Assembly: GCF_018350175.1 (NCBI RefSeq)
Contig: NC_058368.1
Coordinates: 223,326,001-223,390,000 of the forward strand
Direction: 5' to 3'
Length of the DNA: 64,000 nt
Source: Felis catus
Lineage: Eukaryota
Shown: positions 25,485 through 38,862 of the stretch, piece by piece
Numbering within the stretch: position 1 is the stretch's first letter
Layout of the letters: the number at the start of each line of letters is the position of its first letter
The notes under the pieces: generated by a model
The model's input: the letters and a program-made list of their open reading frames with translations, nothing else
The model's database searches: none
Told to the model about the DNA's origin: nothing
Translations under genes and position numbers: made by a program

Positions 25485-25698
25485 GGGGCACCTGAGTGGC
25501 TCAGTTTGTTAAGCATCCCAATCTTCATTTTGGCTCAGGTCACGATCTCACAGTTTGTGAGATCGAGACCTGCATCAGGCTCTGTGCTAACAGTGTGGAG
25601 CCTGCTTGGGATTCTCTTTCTCCTTTTCTCTCTTTCTGTCCTTCCTGTGCTCACGCTCTCCCTCTCTCAAAAATAAATAAATAAAAATTCAAAAAAAA
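25485..25698 (+). mobile_element. Can-SINE
   Basis: TSD agaag(c/t)ctagca. Confidence 0.93.
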
Positions 25699-26711
25699 GA
25701 AGTCTAGCATATATTTCATATATTAATTCATTTATATATCTTATTTACCATTGAAACCACCTTATTTATCAATATATCTTGTGGTGAGGGGTCGGGATTC
25801 TAGCACTATATCTCCTGCATGCCTATTTTAGGGGAAAAATGTCATTAATATATGTTGTTAAACCTAGTTTAGTTAGAATTAATCCCATTGCATGTTGCAA
25901 TACTACTCATAGCACTATTTTAGATGAAATCTAGTTCATTGGGTTGTGACTTAATCTTGATAATTCCATTTGAATTTTGAGAGACAGTACTTGGTTCCTT
26001 TATAGATAAATATTCAAATGATTTTCCAAGAAGATAAATATTTTAACCTGGGCCACTTTTCCAGTTTTAACATCCTGTAACTTATTTAAAATATGGGATA
26101 TTTTAATACCAAATTTATTTCCTGTTTAGGTGCTTGCTTTGCATGTGTGCAGAAGGTTCACTGGTTCTTCTCTCTAAAATATATGGCAGTGGACCTTCAT
26201 ATTCTTCCAGACGATATCCAACCCATCCCTCCCTCACTCTCAGGCTCCCTCCTGACTCTCAAGAATGAAGTACCAAGACCTTGTTTTTTTATTCGTTTTG
26301 TTCTCTTTTGTGAGGCTACATTGCAGACAAATTATGTGTGTTCTCTTATCTTTCTAGACTTAAATTTCTCTTAAAAAGTTTTTAATTCCCACTTTCTAAC
26401 ACCAACAAAATCCACAGTAAATGCAATGGGATAACAGACAGCCAAAATGATTTTATTCTAGAATTCTTCTAACTCAACCATACTTCTGTTTTGTAAACCT
26501 GATGGGCCTGGTTTAAAACAAAAGAGAGTGCCACATTTGATGATGCGTTTTAAGGTCAACCTAACTCTGGGGCAGTAAATACTTGCTCTTGATACAGTCC
26601 CAAGAATATTGGTAAAATGACTTGAAATGCCCTTTAACAGATTACAACCAGTTACGTTAAATTCGTTTAGTAGCTCACTTCTACTGCTTACTTTAAAGTC
26701 AGTAAAGTGTT

Positions 26712-26842
26712 GAGATGCTTGGATGGCTCAGTCAGTGAAGCGTGCAATTCATGATTTGGGCTCAGGTCATGATCTCATGGTTGGGTTCTTGAATTCTAGC
26801 CCCTCATCGGGCTTTGCAATGACAGTGTGGAGCTGGTGTGAG

Positions 26843-26894
<52 letters not shown>

Positions 26895-26970
26895 TCTCCC
26901 GCTCTCTCTGTTCCTCTCTCTCTGTCTCTCTGCCTCTCTTTGAAAATAAATAAAAACTTAAAAAAATTAA
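26712..26970 (+). mobile_element. Can-SINE (older) with long (CT)n
   Basis: TSD tcagtaaagtgtt at 26699-26711 and 26973-26985. Confidence 0.92.
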
Positions 26971-27450
26971 AATCAGTAAAGTGTTAATAATCAGTAACTA
27001 CATTGATCCTAGGCTTAAGGTAGGTAACAAATAGTATCATGTTACCACAAATAACAACCCAGATTACTATCTGAGCAGTGACTACTTTCTCCAAGGCACA
27101 TGCTTTGTCTCTAGAAGAAAAGAGCAAAATACAAGTAGGAAGGCAGGTGAAGGATTATGGAATCATAGAATTTTCTTCATAGTAAATCTAACAGTTGTAA
27201 TTGTTGTAGAAGTATGGTAATTATCACTTATTGGTTACCCAGAGTCAGATTTTAGAGGGGGGGGGGGCAAATGATCTCTTGTTCTAAATATCATGAAATA
27301 AATAGAACATATAAAGCTTGTAATCTGATATTCACAAGTGACTATAGATAGATTTCTAAATGACGTTTCTGCCGTTGAAGTAGAAGTTTTTATTGTAGAT
27401 TCATACCCATGGAACCAAATCATTTGTTCACATTAGGTACAGGTTTTTTG

Positions 27451-27481
<31 letters not shown>

Positions 27482-28493
27482 TTTGTTTTTGTTTTTGTTT
27501 TTTTTTTTTCATATACTACCTGGCAAGTATGTTCTAATTTCTGTTGTCATCTTTCTTGTAGATATCTAACAAAATTGTACTTTATCATGCACTGGTGATC
27601 CAGTTCGCCTTAAGTGCAGACAATACTTTTAAAAAACCTGCCACAGAAAACTTACTTGGTTTCAGTTAACTGAAACTCAGAAACCCAACCATGCCTGACA
27701 TACAACTGTTTACCTGTCGTATGTGGTCAAAATGTGCGTGTGTGTGTGTGTGGGCGGGTGCATGCGTGTGCATGTGTGTGCACAAATTTAAAGTTCCTTA
27801 ATATTCATCCAAAAGCAGTCTGTGGTAGGACACCACAGCGTGCAGTGAAGAGGCAACAAGGGTTGTGGGTCAGCGGGAAACATCTCGCTGAATTTTTCAG
27901 AGTATTGACTGTGCTTCAGCGAGTGTAAATGAATGAGTAAGGAAATCTATTTCTTTGCCTCCTGTTTCTGTCACATTTCTTGTGAGAATCTGATTCACAT
28001 TCGGAGTTTGAAATAGAAAATAAAAATAGAGCACTGTTTGGCTTCTGCTGTGTCAGATAATTACTTTCAAAATTCTGTCACTGAAGGCCAATTGGGATTG
28101 GAACTGTGTTTTTGTTCCTGTGAAACAGAAGTTCTGTCATGTGCAGCTATGGGATTGACTGATAGGGAAGGAGGTTCACTTTCTACTTAGCATGAGGGTC
28201 TAGTTTATCCAGTTATAAGTAACGGGGCAGCTGTGAAAGGAAAGATAATTCCAGAAAGGTGACATATTTTCACATGATATAAGTATTATATATGCAATAC
28301 ATTTCTTGTGTTGAATATAAAGAACAAAGCATACGACTTTTAGGAGAAATACTTTTCTGTCTGCTCCTCCTAAATACAGGTTTGAACAGTATATGTGTGT
28401 GTGTGTGTGTCTGTTTGTGTGTAGGTGTAAATACATAAATGTTTACTACCACACGATATGCCGCCCTCATTTTCAGGTGAGGAAACTGACTCT

Positions 28494-28643
28494 TTTTTTA
28501 GTTTATTTATTTTTGAGAGGGGGGGGGTGGCGTGCAGAGAGAGAGGAGCCCAACGTGGGGCTTGAACTCACAATCTGTGAGATCGTGACCTGAGCCGAAA
28601 CCAAGAGTTGGATGCTTAACCAGCTGAGCCACCCGAGCACCCT
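28494..28643 (-). mobile_element. Can-SINE (short) inserted in a MIR core
   Basis: TSD gaaactgact; flank cctcattttcaggtgaggaaactga is MIR-core-like. Confidence 0.88.
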
Positions 28644-28764
28644 GAAACTGACTTTTTATGTACAGTTTTTATAGTAATGATTTAGAGATTTATGTTTCTA
28701 ACCGAAACCTCCTTCTGAGCATCACTCTCCTAGATGTAATATAAATGTAATATGTATGTTTGAG

Positions 28765-29530
28765 ACCTTTTCTGTCACCTCAAAATTAGCATATACAGAA
28801 CTGAACCCTAAGTCTCTCTGCTGGCATCAGCCTGCCCCTACCTGGTTCCCCTGCTGACTCCTTCTTTGAGTAATTTCACCTCCATCCACTCAGGTGTTCA
28901 TGCAACATACTTAAGGATCATTCCTGATGATCTTTTGCGCTTACCTGTCCCTCAAGCCAGTCGGTAGTGAGTCCTTATCAGTGCCTCATCTAAACAGGCA
29001 CCTCCCATCAGTCCGGGGCCCATCATTGCAGCCGTCTCCACTCTGATTTATTTTGCCATCATCTCTTATTTCAAATACTGCTACAGCTTCCTATATGATA
29101 TCCCTCTTCTTCTCTTGCACCATCTAAATGCTTCCTTATCTGGCAGCCAGACTGATCCTTTATAAACAGAAATCTGGTCCCGTCATTCTAGGGTGTCAAA
29201 TCCTGCGGCTTCCAAGTGCATTTAGATTAAATTCCAAATCCACAGCACAGACTGAACGGCATGGTCTGGCCTCTGGATGCATTCCCAGCCTTGTATATTG
29301 CTGCTTGACTTGTTTTTTTCTCTCCCCTCATAGCAGCATCTAGTGTGTCTTTATAGAACTTATAAAATTAGAATGTTTTCTTTATTTGCGTATTAACAGC
29401 TGGATTCATCGCTAGATCTTAAACTCTTGAAGTGCAGGTATGATATACGTTTGGTTCGCTGCTTACCTCTGAATGGTCAGCAGATAGCCTAGCACTGGAC
29501 TTACTAGATAGTCTGTAATCATTGATGAAA
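28765..29530 (+). mobile_element. L2 fragment
   Basis: ccatcatctc..actgctacagcttcct..gcagccagactgatcctttataaacagaaatctg L2 motifs. Confidence 0.7.
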
Positions 29531-29920
29531 GGGTCACTGAAGGAAGTAGAATTTCAGAATTTGCACACATAGCAAAACGAAGAACCAGGATTGAAACATG
29601 GGCCTCCTGGTTTCTGCTGTTTCTGGTTTCATCATTTATAGTACACTGATTAGAAAAGTTTAAGGCTAGACTTTCGAAAACTTAAGGATGTTTAGGAACG
29701 AGAATAAAGAGACTCAAGGGAAAGCAATGTATCCTGATCCCATATTAAGCCCATGAAACATTTGGAAGGCAGTTAAAACGACAGACCAGTACAGTGTGTC
29801 TGATGATGTTGACATTTATGATATATATATATTACATAAAATAGGCGTGTAATAGTAATCATTATTAGATATAAATGTATCAAATGCTTTGCATGTATTT
29901 AAATTGTCATGGTTTTAGTT

Positions 29921-30180
29921 TCATTCCGTTAATTCAGTGAACCATATTGATTCATTTGCATATGTTTAACCATCTTTGCATCCCCCCAATTTTTTATGAA
30001 ACCAGCATCAACTGATACCAATACAAGATAGACAATACAGGAAAAGAAATTTATAGACCGATATCACTGATAAACATGGATGTAAAAATCCTTAATAAAA
30101 TATTAGCAACCGAATTCAATATCACATTAGAAGGATCATACACCATGAGTAACACCCTATTTATAATAGTAAAAAAATAT
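29921..30180. mobile_element. Short internal L1 ORF2 pieces in opposite orientations, no 3' end
   Basis: Sense piece resembles FYE..[19 protein letters not shown]; antisense piece is the adjacent segment (compare 44270-44500). Confidence 0.8.
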
Positions 30181-30208
30181 GAGAGCAACTATTAAGAATA
30201 TGAAAATT

Positions 30209-30425
30209 GGGACACCTGGGTGGCTCAGTCTGCTAAGCGTCTGGCTCTTGATCTCAGCTCAAGTCATGATCTCACAGTTCCTGAGATGGAGCCCTGAGTC
30301 AGGCTTTGCACTGACAGAATGGAGACTGTCCACGTGGGATTCTTTCTCTCCCTCTCTCTCTCTCTGCCCCTCCTCCATGGATGCTTACTCTCTCTTTCTC
30401 TCAAAATAAATAAGCATTAAAAACA
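30209..30425 (+). mobile_element. Can-SINE
   Basis: gggacacctgggtggctcag head; TSD tgaaaattg. Confidence 0.92.
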
Positions 30426-30644
30426 TCTGAAAATTGATAAATAGGAAAGAGAAGAGGAAAATGTGAACTTCTCTATCAAATAAACATATGGGGAACTTTC
30501 CAAAAAAGCATGAACTAGCTGGCCTTTTCCATTCCTTCAACTGCTCAACTTACTAGAATTAGCGTTGGCCAGCTGTACAAGTTTCATAATTCTATGGTTG
30601 CGAAGTAGTAATGTTAGTAAAAATAATAAGTGATAATAGCAGTT

Positions 30645-30713
30645 ATATATGTATGTAACCATAATATATGCATCTGTGTAGAGATGTATTATATACTTTT
30701 ATATGTGTGTGTG

Positions 30714-30745
<32 letters not shown>

Positions 30746-30867
30746 ATGGGTGTATAATATATACATTATATGATATATATTGATAGCATGCATATGTATA
30801 TTTAGTATTTGCATCTATATACACATGTATGTAGGTATACATATACACACACACACACACACACATA
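30645..30867. repeat. TA/TG/CA low-complexity tract
   Basis: Read directly. Confidence 0.9.
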
Positions 30868-31110
30868 AGTAGGTTTCTTTAGATATTTTTAAATATTTAA
30901 AAGATTGTAAGAGAGGCACAGTGCAACCCAAGTACATCCTCTCTCTCTCCTTCTGATAGCTTTTCTTGGTTCTCATGCTGTTTTAATCAATTTTTTTCAC
31001 AAAAATGTTTTTAAAAGATACATGAACAACTTTATTTTATTTTGCACATAAGATGTAGCAAGGTTGTTTTGAATTTTTCCTACCGTCCCTTGTGTTCTTG
31101 CCTTCTTAAT

Positions 31111-31312
31111 TTTTTGTTTAAATTTATTTATTTACTTGGGGGAGAGAGAGGGAAAGGGAGAGGCAGACAGAGAAGGAGAGAGAGAATCCCAAGCAGGCTC
31201 CATGCTGTCAGAACACAGCCTGACACACAGCTCAAACTCACAAACTGTGAGATCATGACCTGAGCTGAAATCAAGAGTCGATGCCTAACTGAATGAGCCA
31301 CCCAGGCACCCC
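31111..31312 (-). mobile_element. Can-SINE
   Basis: Degenerate TSD tgt..ttgccttct. Confidence 0.92.
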
Positions 31313-31414
31313 TGTATTTTTGCCTTCTAACTGACTGATGAGTTGAACACTGTGAGTGATTTCTTAAATGACTACTAAGTAACAAAATTAACTAGAATTA
31401 TAAATGCACTATTA

Positions 31415-31660
31415 TTAATAATCATCAACGTAAGATCTGGTATCTATTAAGCAATTATTAATGCAAGGCACTATTTTAAATACTTTATGTGCATCAACTC
31501 CAATCACCTCATTTTGCACTTTGAGGGAGATAGTACTATTTTCACTTTACAGATACAATAACTAAAACCCAGTGAAGTTAAGTAACTTGTACAAGATTAT
31601 ACAATCAGCAGATGCAATAGTCAGCATTTGCAGGCATGGTCTGGCCTCAGAATCCTGAGA
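31415..31660 (-). mobile_element. MIR
   Basis: actttacagat..aactaaaacccagtgaagttaagtaacttgtacaagattatac MIR core. Confidence 0.7.
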
Positions 31661-32376
31661 GATTAATACTTGTAAAGCCAATTGCCTATCAATTAGAGGA
31701 GAAGAAGTATTTGCATTTCAGAGCGGTCTAGACTGCTCCCTTAGAACCTTGTACTCACTCAGAACACAAGGAGGTGGGGGCACTGATGGACATGGAGTAG
31801 ACACAGGTAGCCCTTCCCCACAAAGCAAGTTTTTTACCCTTGGGTGTGAATTTACCGACATTCTCCCAACTCATCCTAATCATTTGCTAAGCAGCTAAAA
31901 GGCCATTAAAACCCCAGGTCGGGGAATCGGGAGGGAAAGACCATGGTGAATGCTGAAATATAAAGGTACTTTTAAAATCAATTCAAAGAGTTCAAATTTC
32001 TCTAGTAACCACAAGTCACTATTTCAGATCATGACCAAAATATAGTGGAAGTCACAGTCATTACTGCGGTGGAGTGTAGAATTCTCCATTTACCCCAGTG
32101 AATGTCATTGATATTTTGATTGTACAAATCTGTCTGTCTTACATCACTTGAGTACTGGACGCCAACCTTGTCAGTGACAAAGCACTAATTTACAATCCGA
32201 TAAAAAGCTCACTATTTTAAAGCCAAAGCAACAGGTAAAATGGATCTCTTAAGTAGAGATGCTAAGTGTAAGTTTGCATGTCTATAAGTTATGGTAAATT
32301 AATAACATCAATTTCACAGTTAAATGAAAATGTGTAAGTATCCCCAGAGCATATTTTTTAGATTAAAGTGTTTGAA

Positions 32377-32625
32377 GGGCACCTGGGTGGCTCGGTTGGT
32401 TAAGCGTCTGACTTTGGCTCAGGTCATGATCTCAGTGTGTGAGTTTGAGCCCCACGTCGGACTCTGGGCTGACAGCTCGGAACCTGGAGCCTGCTTAGGA
32501 TTCTGTCTCTCCCTCTCTCTCTGCCCCTTGCCTGCTCATGCTCTGTCTCTCTCTGTCTCTCAAAAATAAATAACCATTAATTTTTTTTAAAAAGATTTGA
32601 TCAAATCTTCTAAAAATAATAATAA
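32377..32625 (+). mobile_element. Felid Can-SINE with a palindrome-containing tail
   Basis: Degenerate TSD aaagtgtttgaag / aaggtatttgaag. Confidence 0.93.
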
Positions 32626-33387
32626 TAAGGTATTTGAAGAATAATACATTCTATCAGTTACTGGAATAGAATCTACTCCCCAGCCCCTTCCAGCCACACA
32701 GAGTCTGGACTTTAACTGAGCTGGAGTATACCTCTTTCACGGTAACCCACTGATATTCTAAAGTTAGCTGTACCTTAACTAATATATCCAGTGTGCAAGG
32801 CATGGTTACATGGCATTGGGAGTGTCTGTGTGGAGTGCACTGAGGTCATGGAAAAGTCAGAGTTCAAGGAGCATTGAGGGAGGTGTTTTAGAACTGCTAG
32901 GAACCTAGATACTCTCTCTACTTACCCTACTTTATTTTCATTTTTTTAGGGTTAGAGTGTATATTTAAGGGGACTGATACCAGGTCAATAGCCTTAGGAC
33001 TGAAAGGTAGCATTTGGATAGCAAACCTAAACCTTATTAGCAAATCTGAAGATCTGACTTTCATTTTAATAGATTTGCTTTTGCATTTCTCTAAAATCAA
33101 ACACAAAGTAAGCTAATGTCTTATATGGCAACAGGGCAACTGCAAACAGCACTGCAAACACACTAGAAGTCTGTAATGTTGACGTTTTTCCATCGGTATT
33201 GACACAGCAGGGCCAAAATTAATTTAGAAATCACTGAGGGCTGTTTACATTATTTTAAGTATTCTTTATTGATTTTCGATTTCCTTAATTGATTAGACCA
33301 GTCTAATATAGTCTTAAAAGTGTACCATGGAGAGAAAGCTGTGAGTTAACAAATTTTTTCTTAGCATTTTTGTCATTGTTGTACCCA

Positions 33388-33429
33388 AAAACAAAACAAA
33401 ACAAAACAAAACAAAACAAAAAACAAAAA
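33388..33429. repeat. (AAAAC)n microsatellite
   Basis: Read directly. Confidence 0.95.
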
Positions 33430-33539
33430 GCCCATTCATTTTACAATGTGTGGATGCTGTAAAATGTTCTCTTCTGAGTTTATTCTAGTTGCTAATGTTT
33501 TGGAGACAGCAGTGACCACTCCCTCAATAAAGGCATAGA

Positions 33540-33836
33540 ACGTTGTTCTAACTATATCAAAGTATCTAGTGAACAGACAAAGTATTGCTAATTCAAATTG
33601 GGACGTTCTGTAGTATAAAATGTATATCACATTTTGAAACGTTAGTGTCAAAAATGTAACATTCCATTAATTTTTAAAATTTTGTTTATAGAAAGAGTTG
33701 ATAATATTTCAGATATAATGAGTTAAATGAAGGTATTATTAAAAGTTCACTAGCTTCTTTTTTACACTTTTTAATGTAGCTGATAGAAAAAATTTAGAAA
33801 GAGAGTGCGTGAAGGGAGGGACAGAGAGAGAGAGAC

Positions 33837-33873
<37 letters not shown>

Positions 33874-34065
33874 GAGAAAATCCCAAGCAGGCTCCATGCC
33901 AACAGGATTGACACAGGGCTCAGTTTCAGGAACCGTGAGATCATGCATAACTTGAGGGGAAATCAAGAGTTGGATGCTTAACCTACTGAACTAGCCAGGT
34001 GCCCCATAGAAAAATTTAATTTGCGTACATGGCCTGCATTATATTTCAGTTGGCCAGCATTGATA
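33540..34065. mobile_element. MER33-like hAT relic split by a SINE
   Basis: actttttaatgtagctgatagaaaa..catggcctgcattatatttcagttggccagcattg. Confidence 0.65.
33795..34005 (-). mobile_element. Can-SINE
   Basis: TSD atagaaaaa(a)ttta. Confidence 0.9.
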
Positions 34066-34239
34066 GAGATTATTTTTTACCTCCCCAGATATTATCTATC
34101 CCTATAGATTTTTTCCACCTATTCTAGAATTTCATGTGCATGAAATCATGCTGTCTGTACTTTTTGTGTTCAGATTTTTTGCTCAGTTTATCTTTGGTTT
34201 TTATTCCTGTTGCTATTTTTTAATGGTTAAGTTCTTTTT

Positions 34240-35932
34240 GTAAAACTTAAATTTAAGCTAGTTAACATTAGTGTAGTATTGGTTTCAAGAATAGAATTTA
34301 GTAATTTATTACTTACCTGTAACACCGAGTACTCATCCCAACAAGTGCCCTCCTTAATGCCCATCACCCATATAGCCCGTCCTCCCATGAACCTCTCCTC
34401 CAGCAACCCACAGTTTGTTCTCTGAATTTAAGTCTCTTACCATTTGCTTCCCTGTCTCTTTTTATCTTATTTTTCCTTCCCTTCTCCTATGTTCATCTGT
34501 TGTGTTTCTTAAATTCCACATATGAGGAAATCATTTGGTATTTGTCCTTCTCTGTCTTATTTTGCTTAGTGTAATATGCTCAAGTTCAATCCATGTTGTT
34601 GCAAATGGCAAGATTTTATTTATCTCTGAGAAATACTCCATTTGGGGGTGTGTGCGTGTGTGTCTGTGTCTGTGTGTGTATACACACACACAACACCACT
34701 TCTTCATTCATCCATCGATGGACATTTGGGCTCTTTCCATAATTTGGCTATTGTTGATAGTGCTGCTATAAACATTAGGGTGCATATGCCCCTTCGAATC
34801 GTCATGTTTGTATCCTTTAGATAAATATTGTTAAAATGTCTATACTGCCCAAAGCAATCTACACATTCAATGCATTCTCTATCAAAATAGCTCCAGCATT
34901 CTTCACAGAGCTAGAACAAACAATTCTAAAATTTGCGTGGACCCAGAAAAGACATGGAATACCCAAAGTATTGTTGAAAAAGAAAACCAAAGCTGGAGGC
35001 ATCACAAACCTGGACTTCAAGCTGCATTACAAAGCTGCGATAATCAAGAGAGTATGGCCCTGGCACAAAAACAGGCACATAGGTCACTCGAACAGAATAG
35101 AGAACCCAGAAATGGAGCCACAAATACATGGCTAACTAATCTGCAACAAAGCAGGAACGAATTTCCAGTGGAAAAAAGACAGTCTCTTCAGCAAATGGTG
35201 CTTGGAATACTGGATGGTAACATGCAGAATAATGAAACTGGACCACTTTCTTACACCATTCACAAAAGTAAATTCAAAATGGATGAAAGACCTAAAGGTG
35301 AGACAGGAAACTATCTAAATCCTATAGGAGAAAACAGGCAGCAACCTCTTTGACCTTGGCTGCGGCAACCTCTTACTAGACGTGTCTCTGGAGGCAAGGG
35401 AAACAAAATCCAAAATGACCTAGTGGAGCCTCATCAAGATGAAAAGCTCCTGCATAGTGAAGGAAACAATCAACAAAACCAGAAGACAACCCACAGAATG
35501 AGATAAGGTGTTTTCAAATGACATATTGGATAAAGGGTTGGTATCCAAAACCTATAAAAAACTTATCAAACGCAATACCCAAAAACAAACAATCTATGAA
35601 GAAATGGACAGAGGATGTACATAGACACTTCTCCAAAGAAGACATCCAGATGGCCAACAGACACATGAAAAAATGTTCAACATCATTCATCATCAGAGAA
35701 ATACAGATCAAAACCACAGTTATGTGCCAGACTTCACACCTGTCAGAATGGCTAAAATGAACAACTCAAGCAACAATAGATATTGGTGAGGATGCAGAGA
35801 AAGGGGAATACTTTGGCACTATTGATGGGAATGCAAACTGGTGCAGCCGCTCTGGAGAACAGTATGGAGATTCCTCAAAACATTAAAATACAACTACCCT
35901 ATGACCCCAAAATTATAGTACTAGGCATTTAT
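34240..35932 (-). mobile_element. Carnivore L1 with 5' inversion (3' end on minus strand 34240-34827; ORF2 segment on plus strand 34821-35932)
   Basis: ORF 34836-35135 [13 protein letters not shown].. is L1 ORF2; orientation flips at ataaata. Confidence 0.92.
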
Positions 35933-36322
35933 AATGTTACTATTTATATCCACTTACAAATATATTGCCTTTGTTTATGACTTCATTTGCTGATAAGCAT
36001 TTGGTTTGATTGCAGTTTTGAGCTCTGATGAATAAAGATGTCAAGGTCGTACATATTCAAGTCTTTACAGTCTTTTATTTCCTTTGGGTAAAGTGAAATT
36101 TCTAGGTCAAACAGTAAGCATATGTGTAACTTTCTAACAAACTGCCAAACTATTTTCTAAAAGTGTTGTACATTTCAGTTTCCCACTGAATATGTGACAG
36201 TTCCTATTGTGGGCATCCACACTTGGATTTGTGCATCTTTCATGTTTGCTACTTTTCGGGTGTGTGAGGAGGTATATCATTGTGGTTTTAATTTTACTTC
36301 TGACATTATGTCAGGTACATAT

Positions 36323-36379
<57 letters not shown>

Positions 36380-37169
36380 TTTTTATGAAGTGTATGTTCA
36401 CATATTTTGCATATTTTTTTTGAGAGGTTTGTCTTACTATTGCATTACAAGAATCCTTTCTATATTCTGGATAGAAGATCTCTGTAAGTTGTATGTGTTA
36501 AAAATATTTTCTCCCAGGATGTGGGTAGCATTTTCATCTTCTTGATGGCACCTGAATAGAAGTTTCTAGGTTTGATAAAATCCAGTATATAGTTTTTATG
36601 TAGTGTTTTTTTTTCCTTGATCCTTTCTTAGAATTACATGACCATATATGTGATCCTCAAAATTTTACTGCATATTTTCTTCTGGATGATTCATATTTTA
36701 GCTTTTGTGTTTAAATCTATGATCCATCTTGAATTGATATTTGGATCAGGTTTTATTTATTTATTTTTTGCTATGCATATATCTAGTTTGTCCACTCTCA
36801 TTTACAAAGGAATATGCTTTCTATTTACTTTGTCTAAATTAAATGACCATACATATGTGTGTCTGTCTCTGAACTGTTCATTGACACATATTTGATACTG
36901 TGTTTTGAGTCTTAGAGTCAGGTGATCCTGATACCAAAGTTCCCCAAATTTGTTCCTCTATTTTTCCCAAAAAGTTTTGGCTAATCTGTCTTTTTCATAT
37001 GGAAATTATGGATTTCAACTTGGTTTAATATATATATATTTATGTGTGTGTGTGTATAAATATATATATACACACATATATATATATATGAACTCATATA
37101 TATATGAACTGCATGTATATATGTACATATATGAACTAAATATATATGTATATATATAACCATATATAT

Positions 37170-37221
<52 letters not shown>

Positions 37222-37287
37222 AAACCATATAGTTTGTTCATTATATCATATACATAGCTCATTATATCATATATATATATATATGCA

Positions 37288-37356
<69 letters not shown>

Positions 37357-38350
37357 GGAGAGAAGGGACATTTTACCAATGTTGAGTCCTCAAATCCCCT
37401 AACATGACATAATGCTTAATTTATGTGGATCTTCTGTAATAAATTTATCTCAGTAATATTTTGCAGTTCGCACTGTAGAAGTCTTGCACATATTTCATTA
37501 GGTTTATTTCTAATTACACTGCATTCTTGATATTATTGTAACTGGTATTGTTTTGTACAATACAGTTTTATAATGTTTTGCTGACAGATAGAAATGCATT
37601 TTTTAAAATATTAATTATTATTTTGTTTCTTTACTAAATGAACTTAATTTTGGTAATTTTTGTAGATCTTTAGAACTTTCCAAATGGACTCTCATGTCCT
37701 CTGGTGCAGTTTTGATTAGAAAGAACTGGAATTAACATCTTGCCTTTTTTCTTAAGGAGAAAGCATTCAGCCTTCTATCATTTAGTATACTCTTTGCTAT
37801 ATGTTTCTAACAGAAACTCATTGTGAAAAAAGATATTTCCATTTCTTTTTAGTTTTGACAGTTTTATTATAAGTGATATTGATTTTTTCCGAATGTTTTC
37901 TGCATCTATGGATTACTCATATGATTTTTATTATTTATGCGTGTAATGAGATGATCTGTATCTATTGAATTTCAAAAACTTAACTAACATACTATTCCTG
38001 GGTTAAACCTACCTAGTCATTATGTGTTTTTTTTTTCCCATTTAATGCTAAATTCTTCTTGAAAATATTCATAGGAAATATTTGCCTATAATATATTTGT
38101 CAAATTTTGAGATCAAAGTAATGATTTTTTTTGAAGCTGTACATGATAATATTAAGTCTTCATTTAAATGCATGAAGGAACTCACCAATGAAAATCTTTG
38201 GGTCTGGTATTTACATTTGTGGTAAGGGTTTTGAATACAAATGGGTTTTTAGATATATTTTGGTTTCTTCTGGAAGCAGGGTTGATATATTTTTTTTCAT
38301 ATTTTCATTTCATGAATACTGGCATGAAAATCTCCAATTTATACCTTTAT
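35933..38350 (-). mobile_element. Old L1M ORF2 remnant with TA microsatellites (36327-36385, 37027-37352)
   Basis: Antisense motifs aaactgccaaactattttc, aaggagaaagcattcagccttctatcatttagtat, gaatgttttctgcatctat. Confidence 0.7.
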
Positions 38351-38354
38351 TACC

Positions 38355-38534
38355 TTTTTAAAACCACTTTATTGAGGTATGGTTGAAATACAAAAAAAAA
38401 AAACTGTACATATTTAATTAATACAACTTACAGAATTTAGAGATAAGTTTACACCTGTGAAACCATCACCACAATTAATGCCATAAATCCGTCCACTAGC
38501 TCCAGAAGCTTCCTTCAGAACTTGTTACTTATTT

Positions 38535-38576
<42 letters not shown>

Positions 38577-38862
38577 TAAGAACATTTAACATAAGATCTA
38601 TCTTCTTAGCAGATTTTTAAGGGTAAAATACAGTATTGTTACCTCGAGATGCAATGCTATATAGGAGATGTCGAGGACTTATTCATGATGTACAACTGAA
38701 TCCTTGTACTTTCTGAACAACACTTCCCTCCACTCTCTTCCCCCCAGTTCCTGGTAACCACCATTCTACTCTCTACTTCTATGAATTTGACAATTACAGA
38801 TTTCTCATCTAACCAGAACCACTTAGACTTTGTTTTTTGTATGTCTGCCTTATTCACTTAGC
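38355..38862 (-). mobile_element. L1MA/L1MB-type 3' end with (TG)n
   Basis: ctttattgaggtatggttga..gtggtaagaacatttaacataagatcta..cctggtaaccaccattctactctct. Confidence 0.8.
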
